A stretch of DNA of 64,000 nucleotides, taken from contig JBMNJG010000012.1 of NCBI GenBank assembly GCA_050951545.1, positions 224,001 through 288,000 of the forward strand, read 5' to 3'. Within the stretch, counting starts at the first letter, position 1. Every line of letters begins with the position of its first letter. Below the pieces are notes generated by a model. That model was not told where the DNA came from. It saw only the letters and a list, made by a program, of their open reading frames with translations, and ran no database searches. A program made the position numbers and the translations under genes. The stretch comes from Limnochordia bacterium. GTDB taxonomy: Bacteria > Bacillota > Limnochordia > DTU080. Shown piece after piece: positions 20,913 to 30,975 of the stretch.

Positions 20913-21536
20913 TCAGTGGTCTGCAGGTGCGTCTACGTCTCCAAGAAGTCGTGTCCAGAGCCCTCGCACTTGAGACTGCGTGGCAACCAACGAGCAAGAG
21001 TTGTCTATCACTGCGTCGGCCAAACGCCTCTTCTCATCCAAAGGCATCTGAGCCCTTATGCGTTGTAGGGCGTCCTGCCGAGAGAGACCATCGCGGTGCA
21101 TGAGACGATGGATCTGCAGCGATTCCGGTACCCAGACTACAATCGTGTAGTCACATAGGTGAAGAATCTCCGGTGTCTCAAATAACAGTGGCACGTCGAG
21201 GACGACAGGAAAGGTCTGGTTCTGTGACTCGAGGGCATACAGCTGCTCCCGCATCCTCGCTACGATGCGGGGATGGGTGATCTCCTCGAGGCGACGTCGC
21301 TTAGCAGGAGATCCAAAGACGATTCTGCCAAGAGCGGCACGGTCGAGGCTGCCGTCGGGGTTGAGTACTGGTGGCCCAAACTCTTCAGCGATCTCTGCCA
21401 GAGCTTCTCTCCCCGAAGCTACCACTTCGCGAGCCAGTTGGTCAGCATCAATGACCTGTGCACCATAGGCAGCAAGCATGCTGGTCACTGTACTCTTGCC
21501 AGAGGCGATGCCTCCAGTAAGCCCTAAGACGAGCAT
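20913..21536 (-). CDS. coaE: Dephospho-CoA kinase
   Basis: GLTGGIASGKST, DADQLAR, LEEITHP and DVPLLFE. Start overlaps the mutM stop. Confidence 0.96.
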   Translation of the reverse strand: MLVLGLTGGIASGKSTVTSMLAAYGAQVIDADQLAREVVASGREALAEIAEEFGPPVLNPDGSLDRAALGRIVFGSPAKRRRLEEITHPRIVARMREQLYALESQNQTFPVVLDVPLLFETPEILHLCDYTIVVWVPESLQIHRLMHRDGLSRQDALQRIRAQMPLDEKRRLADAVIDNSCSLVATQSQVRGLWTRLLGDVDAPADH

Positions 21537-22354
21537 CACAGTTGACAATGCGGGCAGAATGTAGTGCCGCGCCCGGCGACTTTCAGGCGTTCGAGAACGC
21601 TTCCGCAACGCAGACAGGGCTCTCCAGCCCGTCCGTAGACTAGCAGATGGTGCTGGTTTGCACCAGGCTGCCCGTCCCCATCCATGAAATCACGCAATGT
21701 GGTACCTCCGTTCTCTAAGGCCGTCATCAGTGAAGACTGTATAGCCAACCACAGGCGCTCTACTTCGCTGCTGTTGAGTTCACCGCAGGATCGTTGAGGA
21801 TGAAGGCTGGCTCGAAACAGGCTCTCATCACAGTAGATATTGCCCAGGCCGGCGATTCGTCGCTGATCGAGCAAGGCCGCCTTGATCTGCATCTTCCTTC
21901 CCTGGAGGATGGTAGCCAGGGCCTCGGGAGTGAACCCAGGAGACAGAGGCTCTATTCCGACATCGGCAATGCTTACCCATTGCGCTTCATCCTGCGCCCA
22001 GAAGACTCTTCCAAACTTGCGCTGATCGACAAAACGCAGTTCGTGCGCGTTGTCTAGCCCTATAGCGAGGCGCAGATGCCCATCGCGAGGCATCTGCACG
22101 GGATGGACCGACAGCCTTCCGGTCATGCGCAGGTGGACCACGAGATAGCTGGTCTCGTCTAGTTGCAGGCCCAGAAACTTGCCGCGTCTGGCGGCTCCAG
22201 TGAACCTAGCGCTTACCAGATGACTGCGCAGGTCAACGGGCGCGATTCCAGCGAGGGTTTTTTCCCAGAAGACCTCTACAGAGGTGACTGAACGGTTCAG
22301 GAGATGAGGTAGAAGCGTGAGCCGTACACACTCGACCTCAGGAAGTTCCGGCAT
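21536..22354 (-). CDS. mutM: Formamidopyrimidine-DNA glycosylase
   Basis: MPELPEVE start, HLRMTG, GLGNIYCDE and the CLRC...FCPHCQ zinc finger. Confidence 0.97.
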   Translation of the reverse strand: MPELPEVECVRLTLLPHLLNRSVTSVEVFWEKTLAGIAPVDLRSHLVSARFTGAARRGKFLGLQLDETSYLVVHLRMTGRLSVHPVQMPRDGHLRLAIGLDNAHELRFVDQRKFGRVFWAQDEAQWVSIADVGIEPLSPGFTPEALATILQGRKMQIKAALLDQRRIAGLGNIYCDESLFRASLHPQRSCGELNSSEVERLWLAIQSSLMTALENGGTTLRDFMDGDGQPGANQHHLLVYGRAGEPCLRCGSVLERLKVAGRGTTFCPHCQL

Positions 22355-25043
22355 GCGGTATCTCCCCAGTATCAAGCCAGTTTGGGCCAGCCCCTATGTC
22401 GACCGCCAACGGCACTCGCAGTGGATAGGCTGTCTCCATTTCCTCACGAATAAGGGCAGTTGCCTCGTGGACCTCATCTTTGGGTGCCTCAAAGACGAGT
22501 TCGTCGTGAACCTGAAGCAACATGCGTGTGCCAAGACCCTCGCTTTCTAGTCGCGAGTGGATCTTGAGCATGGCCAACTTGATGATATCAGCGGCAGATC
22601 CTTGGATAGGGGTATTCATGGCTGTTCGTTCAGCAAAGCTGCGTTCCTGCCAGCGTCGACTCCGTATTGCCGGAAGATAGCGCCGCCTCCCCAAGATTGT
22701 CGTGACGTATCCGCGACTACGTGCTTCAGCGACCGTCTCTTGCATATAGAGCTTGACTCCCGGATAGCGCTCAAAGTAGCTATCGATATAGGCCTGGGCC
22801 TCTTTGCGAGTCAGACCTGTGCCTCTAGCCAACCCGAAGCTGGAGATGCCATAGACGATGCCGAAGTTTATCGCTTTCGCGGCACTACGCATCTCTGGGG
22901 TTACCTCTAGAAAGGATACTCCAAAGACTTCAGCAGCGGTTTTGGTATGAATGTCTGCCCCTTCGCCAAACGCAGCTACCAGATTCTCATCGCCTGACAA
23001 GTGAGCCAAGACTCGCAATTCGATCTGTGAATAGTCAGCTGAGATCAGCAGCGCATCTTGCCTCTCTGGGACGAAGCAACTCCTGATCTGACGCCCCATA
23101 GCAGTGCGAATGGGGATATTCTGCAGGTTTGGGTGCGTGCTCGAAAGACGCCCGGTGGCTGCTATGGCTTGGTTAAACGTGGTGTGGATGCGGCCAGTCT
23201 GCTCATTGATCTGAGTAGGCAGCGCATCAACATAGGTGCCAGTGAGTTTCACCAGTTGCCGGTAGTCCAGCACTAGTCCAGGCAGTTCGTGGTAGTCAGC
23301 CAGTTCCTCTAAGACTTCAGCAGACGTAGAACGGCCTGTCTTTGTGCTCCTTACTACGGGGAGCTGCAGGCGGTCGAACAGGATCGCCGCAAGCTGCTTC
23401 GGAGAGTTGATATTGAACTCTCCGCCCGCGGCTGAGTAGATGGCGTCGGTGAGTTGGGCGATCTCAGCCGCCATTTCCTTTGACATTTCGGCAAGGCGTT
23501 GGCGATCCACTCGAACGCCTTCTCGTTCCATGTGGGCTAGGACCACAGTCAGTGGTATCTCGAGATCGCGGTAGAGCCCTTCGAGTGCCCGATCAGTCAG
23601 AGCTTCGGTTAGTGCAGGTTGCACAGTACGTAGCAAGTTATGGTACTGCTGGACGGCAAAGAGAGACTGCTCCGGTGACTCAGCGAAGTCCCAAATCGGG
23701 TCAGAAAGCGCGGAAGACCACTCCAGTCCATGGCGCGTAGCGATGTCAGCTAGTGAGTGGTCTCCCTGCGATGGATTGACCAGATAGGAGGCGAGAAAAA
23801 GATCGTCTATCGCCTGCATGTCGGCGGGTTGAGGCAGAGTTCCGCCCGCTTGCGCCATGGCCAGAAGTTGCGACTTCAGGTCGTGCGTGTGCATGCCTCG
23901 ACCCGAGACAAGAAAGGCAAGAAACTCTGACGGGTCGCTGGCGTCTCCCCAGAGAAAGCGCTCCCTGTCTGAAGCAGTATAAGCGAGGCCACCGTCTGAG
24001 ACCGACAGGACGAGAAAGGAAATCGGCTCTTGCAGTGAAGAGGCGTGACGGACCCACTCGCCCTTACCTACGAATGTATGGGGAAGCTCGCATGCCTGTT
24101 GAGAATCTACTGTCACGATCTCGCCTGGCAGGGAAAGCTGCTGAGGTCTAGCGCTACCTTGATCTTCAATTCCGAGACGTCGATGCAGCTGGTCAAGAAG
24201 AGATCGAGCCTCTAGTTTCATGAACAAGTCAGTGAGTTTGGCCACCTGAGGGGACTTGCGCTCGGAGGCATCCCAATCGATGGCGATTGGTACCTCAGTC
24301 TCGATGGTCGCGAGGGCCTTGCTCAAGACAGCTGTATCTCGGTGGCGGCGCAACGCTTCGCCTGCTCTTCCGGGCAGTGTGGCGGCCTTGTCCAGCAGCT
24401 CCTCAAGAGAGGCGTGTTCTTGCAGGAGCTTCGTGGCTGTCTTTGCTCCGATACCAGCGACGCCGGGAATGTTGTCAGACTTATCGCCCACGAGGGCCTT
24501 CCAGTCAGGCACTTGCTGCGGGGTAACGCCCATCGTCTTCTGCACCAGCTCGGGGTTGAAACGCTCCATGTCGGTGATGCCTCGACGGGTAATAAGCACT
24601 TCGATGCCTGGACGCACCAACTGCAAAGCGTCTTTGTCTCCTGTGACAATAACCACCGGACAACCAGCCTCATGCGCCTGCCGGGCGAGGGTCCCGAGAA
24701 TGTCGTCGGCCTCGTATCCCTCGAGTTGACTACTGCCGATATTATGCGCTTCCACGAGTTCGTGCACAATGGGTATCTGGGTGCGTAGTTCCTCGGCCAT
24801 CGAGGGTCGGGTTGCTTTGTAGGCCTCAAAAGCAGCATGACGAAAAGTAGGTGCTGCGCAATCGAAGGCGACCACAACATAGTCTGGTTGCTCATCATCG
24901 AGTAGACGATTGAGCATGGTGGCAAAACCGTAGACCGCGTTGGTGTGCATGCCAGACGACGTTGTCATCGTCGGGAGAGCGTGAAACGCCCGATGTAGTA
25001 GACTGTGACCATCAATCAGCATGAACTTTCCTTTTTTGTGCAC
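22338..25043 (-). CDS. polA: DNA polymerase I
   Basis: LIDGHSLLHRAFHA 5'-nuclease, TGRLSS..PNLQNIP, ADYSQIELR, KAINFGIVYG and LQVHDEL. GTG start at 25043 after GGGGGAG. Confidence 0.97.
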   Translation of the reverse strand: MHKKGKFMLIDGHSLLHRAFHALPTMTTSSGMHTNAVYGFATMLNRLLDDEQPDYVVVAFDCAAPTFRHAAFEAYKATRPSMAEELRTQIPIVHELVEAHNIGSSQLEGYEADDILGTLARQAHEAGCPVVIVTGDKDALQLVRPGIEVLITRRGITDMERFNPELVQKTMGVTPQQVPDWKALVGDKSDNIPGVAGIGAKTATKLLQEHASLEELLDKAATLPGRAGEALRRHRDTAVLSKALATIETEVPIAIDWDASERKSPQVAKLTDLFMKLEARSLLDQLHRRLGIEDQGSARPQQLSLPGEIVTVDSQQACELPHTFVGKGEWVRHASSLQEPISFLVLSVSDGGLAYTASDRERFLWGDASDPSEFLAFLVSGRGMHTHDLKSQLLAMAQAGGTLPQPADMQAIDDLFLASYLVNPSQGDHSLADIATRHGLEWSSALSDPIWDFAESPEQSLFAVQQYHNLLRTVQPALTEALTDRALEGLYRDLEIPLTVVLAHMEREGVRVDRQRLAEMSKEMAAEIAQLTDAIYSAAGGEFNINSPKQLAAILFDRLQLPVVRSTKTGRSTSAEVLEELADYHELPGLVLDYRQLVKLTGTYVDALPTQINEQTGRIHTTFNQAIAATGRLSSTHPNLQNIPIRTAMGRQIRSCFVPERQDALLISADYSQIELRVLAHLSGDENLVAAFGEGADIHTKTAAEVFGVSFLEVTPEMRSAAKAINFGIVYGISSFGLARGTGLTRKEAQAYIDSYFERYPGVKLYMQETVAEARSRGYVTTILGRRRYLPAIRSRRWQERSFAERTAMNTPIQGSAADIIKLAMLKIHSRLESEGLGTRMLLQVHDELVFEAPKDEVHEATALIREEMETAYPLRVPLAVDIGAGPNWLDTGEIPHAGTS

Positions 25044-25311
25044 CGCAACTCCCCCGCTGGTGTGGCCTTCCAAACACACAGTGATATGGAAAAGCCCATT
25101 TCCTGCTACGTACAGTATAATGACAGCCGTGACATACGTCCACTCGATCAGTTGCTCTTCCAGTGATGTATGCTTCTGGTCTGGGCGGGAGAATCCCACA
25201 ATGGTGCCTTTCATTACCGCAAGGCAACCACGCGGTGGCGTCGAACAGAGCTGTGAGTATGGTACATTCCGGCACTGCGCCGATTCAGATTATGAGAAAG
25301 GGGTATGCTAC

Positions 25312-26511
25312 ATGCGCCGATCCATGAGTGCCGCAATCATCGGGTGCGCTGCAGTGCTGCTGTTGAGCTTCGGGCAGCTGGCCAGTGCTGCTCAAGGCTT
25401 CAAGGATCTCTCTGGCAATTGGGCTAGTGAACACGTGTTGGCCTTGGCGCGCAAAGGCGTTATAGGGGGGTATCCTGATGGCACGTTTCGCCCTAACGCC
25501 ACTGTTACTCGCGCCGAACTGGCAAAGATGGTTGTCAAGGCGCTCGCATTGCCGACAGCATCGAAGCATAGTTTTCGAGATGCACAGAGGCACTGGGCCA
25601 GCAATGATATAGCTGCCATGAGAGAAGCTAAGCTGATCAACGGCTACGAAGACGGTACCTTTCGGCCTGATCAGAAGATCAACCGTGCTGAGATCACTGC
25701 CATAGTAGTGCGCACGCTCAATATCAGCGATGTGGTGGAGGCACAAGAGCTGGAGAACACTGCTTTCTCTGACATCGCTGTCACTCACTGGGCGTCCCGA
25801 GTCATCACTGCTGCCAATAGGCTGGACATTCTCCCCCCATACTTTAAGGGTCGTTTTCGTCCGAACGAACGGGCCACCCGTGCCGAAGCGGCTGCGCTAA
25901 TCAATGGTGCACTGCGTCTTCAGGTTGTGGAGGGGCAGATCGACTATTCAGATCCGACCAGGTATGTGATGAGCGTCAAGACCGATGACAGCACACTGCG
26001 GGATTTTACGATATCTCCGTCGGTAACGGTATATCGTAATGCTAGGCTGACCGAAGCAGATGCTCTAAAAGATGGCGACACGGTGCATTTGGTAGCAGAT
26101 CGCTTTGGTACCCCTGTATACGTCAAGGCACGCGGCACAGCGACTCGCGACGAAGTGGTGGCGCGGGCCAGCGACCTAACGAGAGGTCTCCTCACGCCCG
26201 ACCAACTCAAGGCCGTGATACGACGTGATTGGGGAGCCGTAGCCAGTGGATTCCAGACTACCTTGTACAACCAGCTTTTGGAGGCTGGGGCAACCCCGCC
26301 AGAGGCTGAAGCCATCATGCAGCAGGACTGGCAGTCGCTCGGAGACATGGGGCGTTCACGTCTTGCTGAGGCTCTATCCAGTTCGCTGGGCATCTCAAAA
26401 GAGCTAGTTGTGACGCTATTTGCCAGGGATTGGCAGCGAGCCAAGGAGCTGGCTCAGACTGAGGCTACAGAGCTTTTGCTCAGTCAGTTGCTCTTCGGTC
26501 CGAACGTCTAA
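25312..26511 (+). CDS. Secreted S-layer homology (SLH) domain protein
   Basis: Signal peptide, three SLH repeats (GYPDGTFRPNATVTRAE, GYEDGTFRPDQKINRAE, FRPNERATRAE) and a helical C-terminus. ATG at 25312. Confidence 0.88.
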   Translation: MRRSMSAAIIGCAAVLLLSFGQLASAAQGFKDLSGNWASEHVLALARKGVIGGYPDGTFRPNATVTRAELAKMVVKALALPTASKHSFRDAQRHWASNDIAAMREAKLINGYEDGTFRPDQKINRAEITAIVVRTLNISDVVEAQELENTAFSDIAVTHWASRVITAANRLDILPPYFKGRFRPNERATRAEAAALINGALRLQVVEGQIDYSDPTRYVMSVKTDDSTLRDFTISPSVTVYRNARLTEADALKDGDTVHLVADRFGTPVYVKARGTATRDEVVARASDLTRGLLTPDQLKAVIRRDWGAVASGFQTTLYNQLLEAGATPPEAEAIMQQDWQSLGDMGRSRLAEALSSSLGISKELVVTLFARDWQRAKELAQTEATELLLSQLLFGPNV

Positions 26512-28127
26512 GAGCTATCGCTTGGTGACTCCCGGGCGTCTCGCAGACGCCCGGGTCCGACATCTAGAGGGGCTCCCTGTGTGTGCAGTTCCAGGGTAGC
26601 GGAGAGATCGTCCCACAGAGTGGTTATCTCTGGGAAAAGGGCCAGCACCCTAGCCTGGGCTGCGTAGACCCGTCCGCCTTGCAGACATCCAGGTATCATG
26701 TTCTGGCCGAGGTAGACTTGGCCCTCTACTCGATCCCAGATGGGCGTCAGACCTAACCCTTCGGCTACCAGCCTAACGGGAAGCCAGACCTCGTCCTCAT
26801 ACCATAGGCCTGGGCTCGAATGCGTGCCCAGGCTAACCTGTGGACGACGCAACTCGGCCGTAGTGCGCCCGAGTTGCCATTCGATGCGGACTCCGAGTGC
26901 TGCAGCAAGGGTTGCATAAGGGGCGTAGGCTCTATCTGCTAAGATGCGACAATCTGAGATGGGGGTTCCACTTACGCGTGGAGCTCTTAAGGAAGCGTCC
27001 CAGCTTACTGGTACTCCCACGATAGATGCTAGAGCTTCCACTGAGACAAGGAGAGTCTCGGCTGCCAGGTAGGTACTCACTGCCAGGGATGCGCCGTTGC
27101 GCATAAGCGTCACGGGTACAAGTCTCCCCAGCTCTGTGTCCACCATCAGCCCAAACGCTGCGGCAGCGGACTCGAGCGGGGCGTACCCCTCGGTTCTGCC
27201 CGCTACCCTGCCTGTATCCCCTTCCCTGTCATCGAGTGTGCTCTTTCCTCCAAGAAGCCCTGCCAGGGCCTGTAAAGAGACAAACGTGTCACTATGGGTC
27301 TTGTAGGCTGGAATGCTGCCGTGGTCTACCACGTCAACCTCGGTGAGGATGGGCACGGGCATAGGCTCAGACATGGGGTGTGAGAGCATCCATGCCAAGG
27401 CTTCCATGTGGATGGGCTCATCAACGCCAAGTTGCTGCAGCCGTTCTAGGGCGCAGTTGGTGTCTATGCCACCATGACGGTAGATGTCCGGAAACACGTG
27501 CACCATAGGCCATTGAGCAACCGGATCATACCATATCAGCAGGGGCTGGTAGACAAAAGTGACAGGAGTCCCTACGGGAACAATCTTGGCCAGGTGCTCC
27601 ACGTCTTGGTTATGCATACGTATGCATCCAGCCGAGGCGGCACTGCCGATAGAGGACGGGTTGTTAGTACCGTGAATTCCATAGCCTTTCTGAGCAAGGC
27701 CCAGCCATCGGGATCCCACAGGGTTCCTAGGCCCCGGAGGGATGGGTTTCAGCCCCTTCTTGGCCCAGTCTGGCGGATAATATGTAGGGTTCTCAACCTT
27801 GTTGGTGATCCGGGTTGTAACGAGAACAGAGGGCGATACTTCCTTGCCTATGGCGATGGGATAGCGGCGAAGCAACTGACCGTTCTGGTACAAGAACAGC
27901 TGGAACGACGGAAGGTTGATCAGGATCTCATAGCCATCTTGACGCTCTCGTGAATCGCCTAGAAAGCGATACAGCGGGTCATTGAGCGATGGTGTAGGGT
28001 GAGCTGTGGCGGTCTTGTCTGGAAGTATGGGTTCAGGCGCCATAGCGAAGATAGCCCAGGATCGAGCAATAGCCATCAGTAGGCAAATGAATGTGAAGCA
28101 GTAACACTGACGGTCCCTGCAGAGCAT
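26508..28127 (-). CDS. L,D-transpeptidase (YkuD family) with C-terminal copper-amine-oxidase N-terminal-like (stalk) domains
   Basis: YGIHGTNNPSSIGSAASAGCIRM catalytic motif; WLPVRLVAEGLGL..WD-type repeats. Start uncertain. Confidence 0.82.
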   Translation of the reverse strand: MLCRDRQCYCFTFICLLMAIARSWAIFAMAPEPILPDKTATAHPTPSLNDPLYRFLGDSRERQDGYEILINLPSFQLFLYQNGQLLRRYPIAIGKEVSPSVLVTTRITNKVENPTYYPPDWAKKGLKPIPPGPRNPVGSRWLGLAQKGYGIHGTNNPSSIGSAASAGCIRMHNQDVEHLAKIVPVGTPVTFVYQPLLIWYDPVAQWPMVHVFPDIYRHGGIDTNCALERLQQLGVDEPIHMEALAWMLSHPMSEPMPVPILTEVDVVDHGSIPAYKTHSDTFVSLQALAGLLGGKSTLDDREGDTGRVAGRTEGYAPLESAAAAFGLMVDTELGRLVPVTLMRNGASLAVSTYLAAETLLVSVEALASIVGVPVSWDASLRAPRVSGTPISDCRILADRAYAPYATLAAALGVRIEWQLGRTTAELRRPQVSLGTHSSPGLWYEDEVWLPVRLVAEGLGLTPIWDRVEGQVYLGQNMIPGCLQGGRVYAAQARVLALFPEITTLWDDLSATLELHTQGAPLDVGPGRLRDARESPSDSS

Positions 28128-28386
28128 ATGTGTCAGGCGCTCTCTTCTGAGAATCCTTCCACGTTGCATCACCGACGTGAGCGCCCCTCTATGCAGTGGT
28201 TGTAGCGGGTAGTCGGGGCCCACTCGCGGCCGTGGTTACCTGATCTTACTCACGCGGCCTGGCTGTCCTGCGTAGAAGAGAGTCGAACATCAGCGTTTTG
28301 TGGGGAGTGCTCTTGCCCAGGTAAAACAAGTGGAAGCGGAGCTTGTCACAGCAGCGTGACTGTGGTAGAATTCCTCTAGGGTCTAG

Positions 28387-28473
28387 GCCGAAGTGGCGGA
28401 ATGGCAGACGCAGTCGACTCAAAATCGACCGGGGCGACCCCCCGTGAGGGTTCGACTCCCTCCTTCGGCACCA
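28387..28473 (+). tRNA. tRNA-Leu (CAA)
   Basis: GCCGAAG...CTTCGGCACCA acceptor, anticodon arm GTCGA-CTCAAAA-TCGAC, long variable arm. Confidence 0.95.
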
Positions 28474-28485
28474 GACGACAGGCAG

Positions 28486-28520
28486 AACAGGGCTTCACCA
28501 GAGGCCCTGTTTTGGTTTGT
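28486..28520 (+). terminator. Intrinsic terminator after tRNA-Leu(CAA)
   Basis: AACAGGGCTTC-acca-GAGGCCCTGTT stem plus T-rich tail. Confidence 0.7.
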
Positions 28521-28552
28521 CTACATGGGCTCTATAGGACACAGTACCTGAG

Positions 28553-29482
28553 TTAGATTCCGTGCTTGTCAATATGCAAGACTGCGGCCAGGGTCGCTTG
28601 CGTGGCCATGCGCACGTTGGCGATGTCGACGCGATCTGGAGTATCTCCCTCTAAGTGATACTGGCGGTCAGCGTACGGGTACGAACCGATGTTGCAGACT
28701 GCGCATCCGTAACCTGCTCGAACAAAGGACCCGTCGTCATCACCTGGAGCAGGTCGTTGGTACGACTCTTGCTCGAGGCCAATGGCATAGTACAGATTGA
28801 CCTCGGCGATGAGGTCAGCTACACGCTTTCCTTGGGGTTCTGTGTAGAGGGTGACATTGGTCTTCTTCTCTTCAGCGATGGCTTCATCGGACTTGCCACC
28901 CAGTGAATCGAGGTTGATCACACTGATTAGGTGGTCGTTTCTCTCTCGCGCCCGGCGAGCGGCGGTGATGCTGGTCCACGGGGTGTGCTCTTCATTGCAG
29001 AAAAGGAAGCGGACAGTTCTTTTGGTGGGATAGGTGGCGAGTAGCCGGGCTAGTTCCAGCAGAGCCACGGTACCCACTCCGTTATCATAGGCTCCAGGTG
29101 AGTCAATCCAGCTTTGGGAATCCTTATGGGCCAGTAGCAGGATGATCTCATCAGGAATTCGCTGTCCAGTCTTGTGTCCATAGAGGTTGAAGACGGTATA
29201 GGCAGGGCTGTCTGGCGGAGGGGGCGCATACTGGTGACGTTTGGGCTTGTGTAGGTCACGGCCAAACGGCTTGACGAGACACGGCTCGCGCCCCACGCAG
29301 TACCCGTAGCCTGTGAGCTGGGTGACGATATATCTGTCTGTCTCTTCTAGGGTGGGTACACTGCGGCCAGGGATGGTGTAGTTGACCTTGCGGAAGGGCA
29401 ATGGGTGCCGAGCGATGTAGAGCAGATGACTATTCATCCTGGCCTCGTCAACTTGTGTAAGCATCTGGCTGACATGTATCAT
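28553..29482 (-). CDS. M28-family metallopeptidase
   Basis: LAHKDS, PGAYDNGVG, NEEH, INLDSLG and YHLEGDT zinc-ligand pattern. Confidence 0.85.
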   Translation of the reverse strand: MIHVSQMLTQVDEARMNSHLLYIARHPLPFRKVNYTIPGRSVPTLEETDRYIVTQLTGYGYCVGREPCLVKPFGRDLHKPKRHQYAPPPPDSPAYTVFNLYGHKTGQRIPDEIILLLAHKDSQSWIDSPGAYDNGVGTVALLELARLLATYPTKRTVRFLFCNEEHTPWTSITAARRARERNDHLISVINLDSLGGKSDEAIAEEKKTNVTLYTEPQGKRVADLIAEVNLYYAIGLEQESYQRPAPGDDDGSFVRAGYGCAVCNIGSYPYADRQYHLEGDTPDRVDIANVRMATQATLAAVLHIDKHGI

Positions 29483-29672
29483 GCCAACCCCTCCTTCACT
29501 GAGCATCACGTCTCAGTTACTGTTCGTCGCGTGATCTTTATCGCCCTTGGATAAGCACATCTGCCGCCTACTCACGTGGGTAGGCGGCAGTGTCTGTGCA
29601 GGTGGAGGGGAGTTGCTGAAGGCTTGCCGTAGAGGTGTTCTCCAAGGCGTGCCTTCCTTCATAGAGCCAATG

Positions 29673-30912
29673 TCACTTCTGTCTGGCCCAGTACTCATCT
29701 AGCTGAGCGTTCGCCAAGCGAGCCAGTTCGGGGACTCCGTTGGCAGCAGGTAGACGGCCGGAGCTGATTTCCCGCCAGGGGGCCATCGACTCGAAGACAA
29801 TACCAGCAGGGTGCGCCCACTGGCTGTTTTTCCAGTAGCTTAGCATGTCAGTAAAGGCACGCAGATTCGCGGGTTGCTTGGCGTTGAGGAATGCCCGAAC
29901 TGCTACGCTGGGCTGGGTAGGGAACCACTGCTCCAAGCTTACCAAACTGCATCATCTGCTGCTTCTGCAACAGGAAACTTAGAAACCGCTTGGCTTCTTG
30001 AGGATGCTTCGTGTAGGCGCAGATGCCCCAAGTCTCTGGGCTAAAATAGGCGGACCGATAGGATTTCCCATCGACCACGAGCTTCGGATACATGATCACG
30101 TCCCAGTCAAAGGAGACCGTATCTCGCCAGATGGGCAGATCAAATACTCCACGGTTTCCCATCGCCAGTTGACCATTCAGTAGGGCTGGTTGGTTGTTGG
30201 TAGCCATTGAGTTATTCTGTGCCACGCCAGACGTACCGTTGAGCAGATCAGCGATCACCTGCATGCCCTTGATTGTGGCAGGGTTGTTGATCATGACTTC
30301 GCGCCCATCGGGACTGAATACGTCACCACCGTAGGTGATCGCATGCAAGCGATCGATTAGGGTAAGCCCCCACTGGTCGATTTCGCCGTCCCCATCTTTG
30401 TCTTTCGTCAACTGCTTGGCCATAGACACAGCTGTGTCCCAGTCCCAATCCCGTGGCATAACGAGTCCTGACTCTGCCAAGAGATCCTTGTTGTAGAAGA
30501 TCGTGTGGACATTCACCCCAAAGGGTACGGCGATAATGTTACCTTTCCAGCGGAAAGCTTCCCTCATTATGGGCAGAATCTCCTGGAAGGCGGGGTCACT
30601 CTCGTAAAGGTCATCTACCGGGAGAAGGAAGTCAGCAAAACGCCACACAGCAATCCCCGACCAGAAAACGTCGGGTGCGGCTCCAGCGGCTACAGCAGTC
30701 TGCAATACAGTGTTGTAAGAACCCGCCGGAAACACGTTCTTGATCTGGATGTCTGGGTTCTGCTCCTCAAACTCTGTCGCCCATGCGTTGAATATGTCGA
30801 GACGTTCCTGTTGATGGCAGCAATGGTACCATACGAGTTCGACTTTCTGGCCGACGGCCACACCTGATACTAGCAACACCAGCAACGCTGCTACTATTGA
30901 CCGCTTCATCAT
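29673..30912 (-). CDS. Sugar ABC transporter substrate-binding protein, with an apparent +1 frameshift near 29921
   Basis: Signal peptide, AGAAPDVF, IFYNKDLL and LTKDKDGDGEIDQWG. Removing one C from GTTCCCTAC joins ORFs 29848-30912 and 29673-29945. Confidence 0.82.
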
Positions 30913-30975
30913 GCACCCCTCTTCGTTTTTTTCGTCAACGATCTCCTGGTTCAGTGCTTTGGCTTGTGCATTCAG

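Noticed and set aside
25021-25311. Overlapping N-terminal extensions of polA and the SLH gene in the ORF track (also groEL, coaE, pyk, SASP, lyase)
   Set aside because: Longest-ORF artefacts; RBS-supported downstream starts match the family N-termini.
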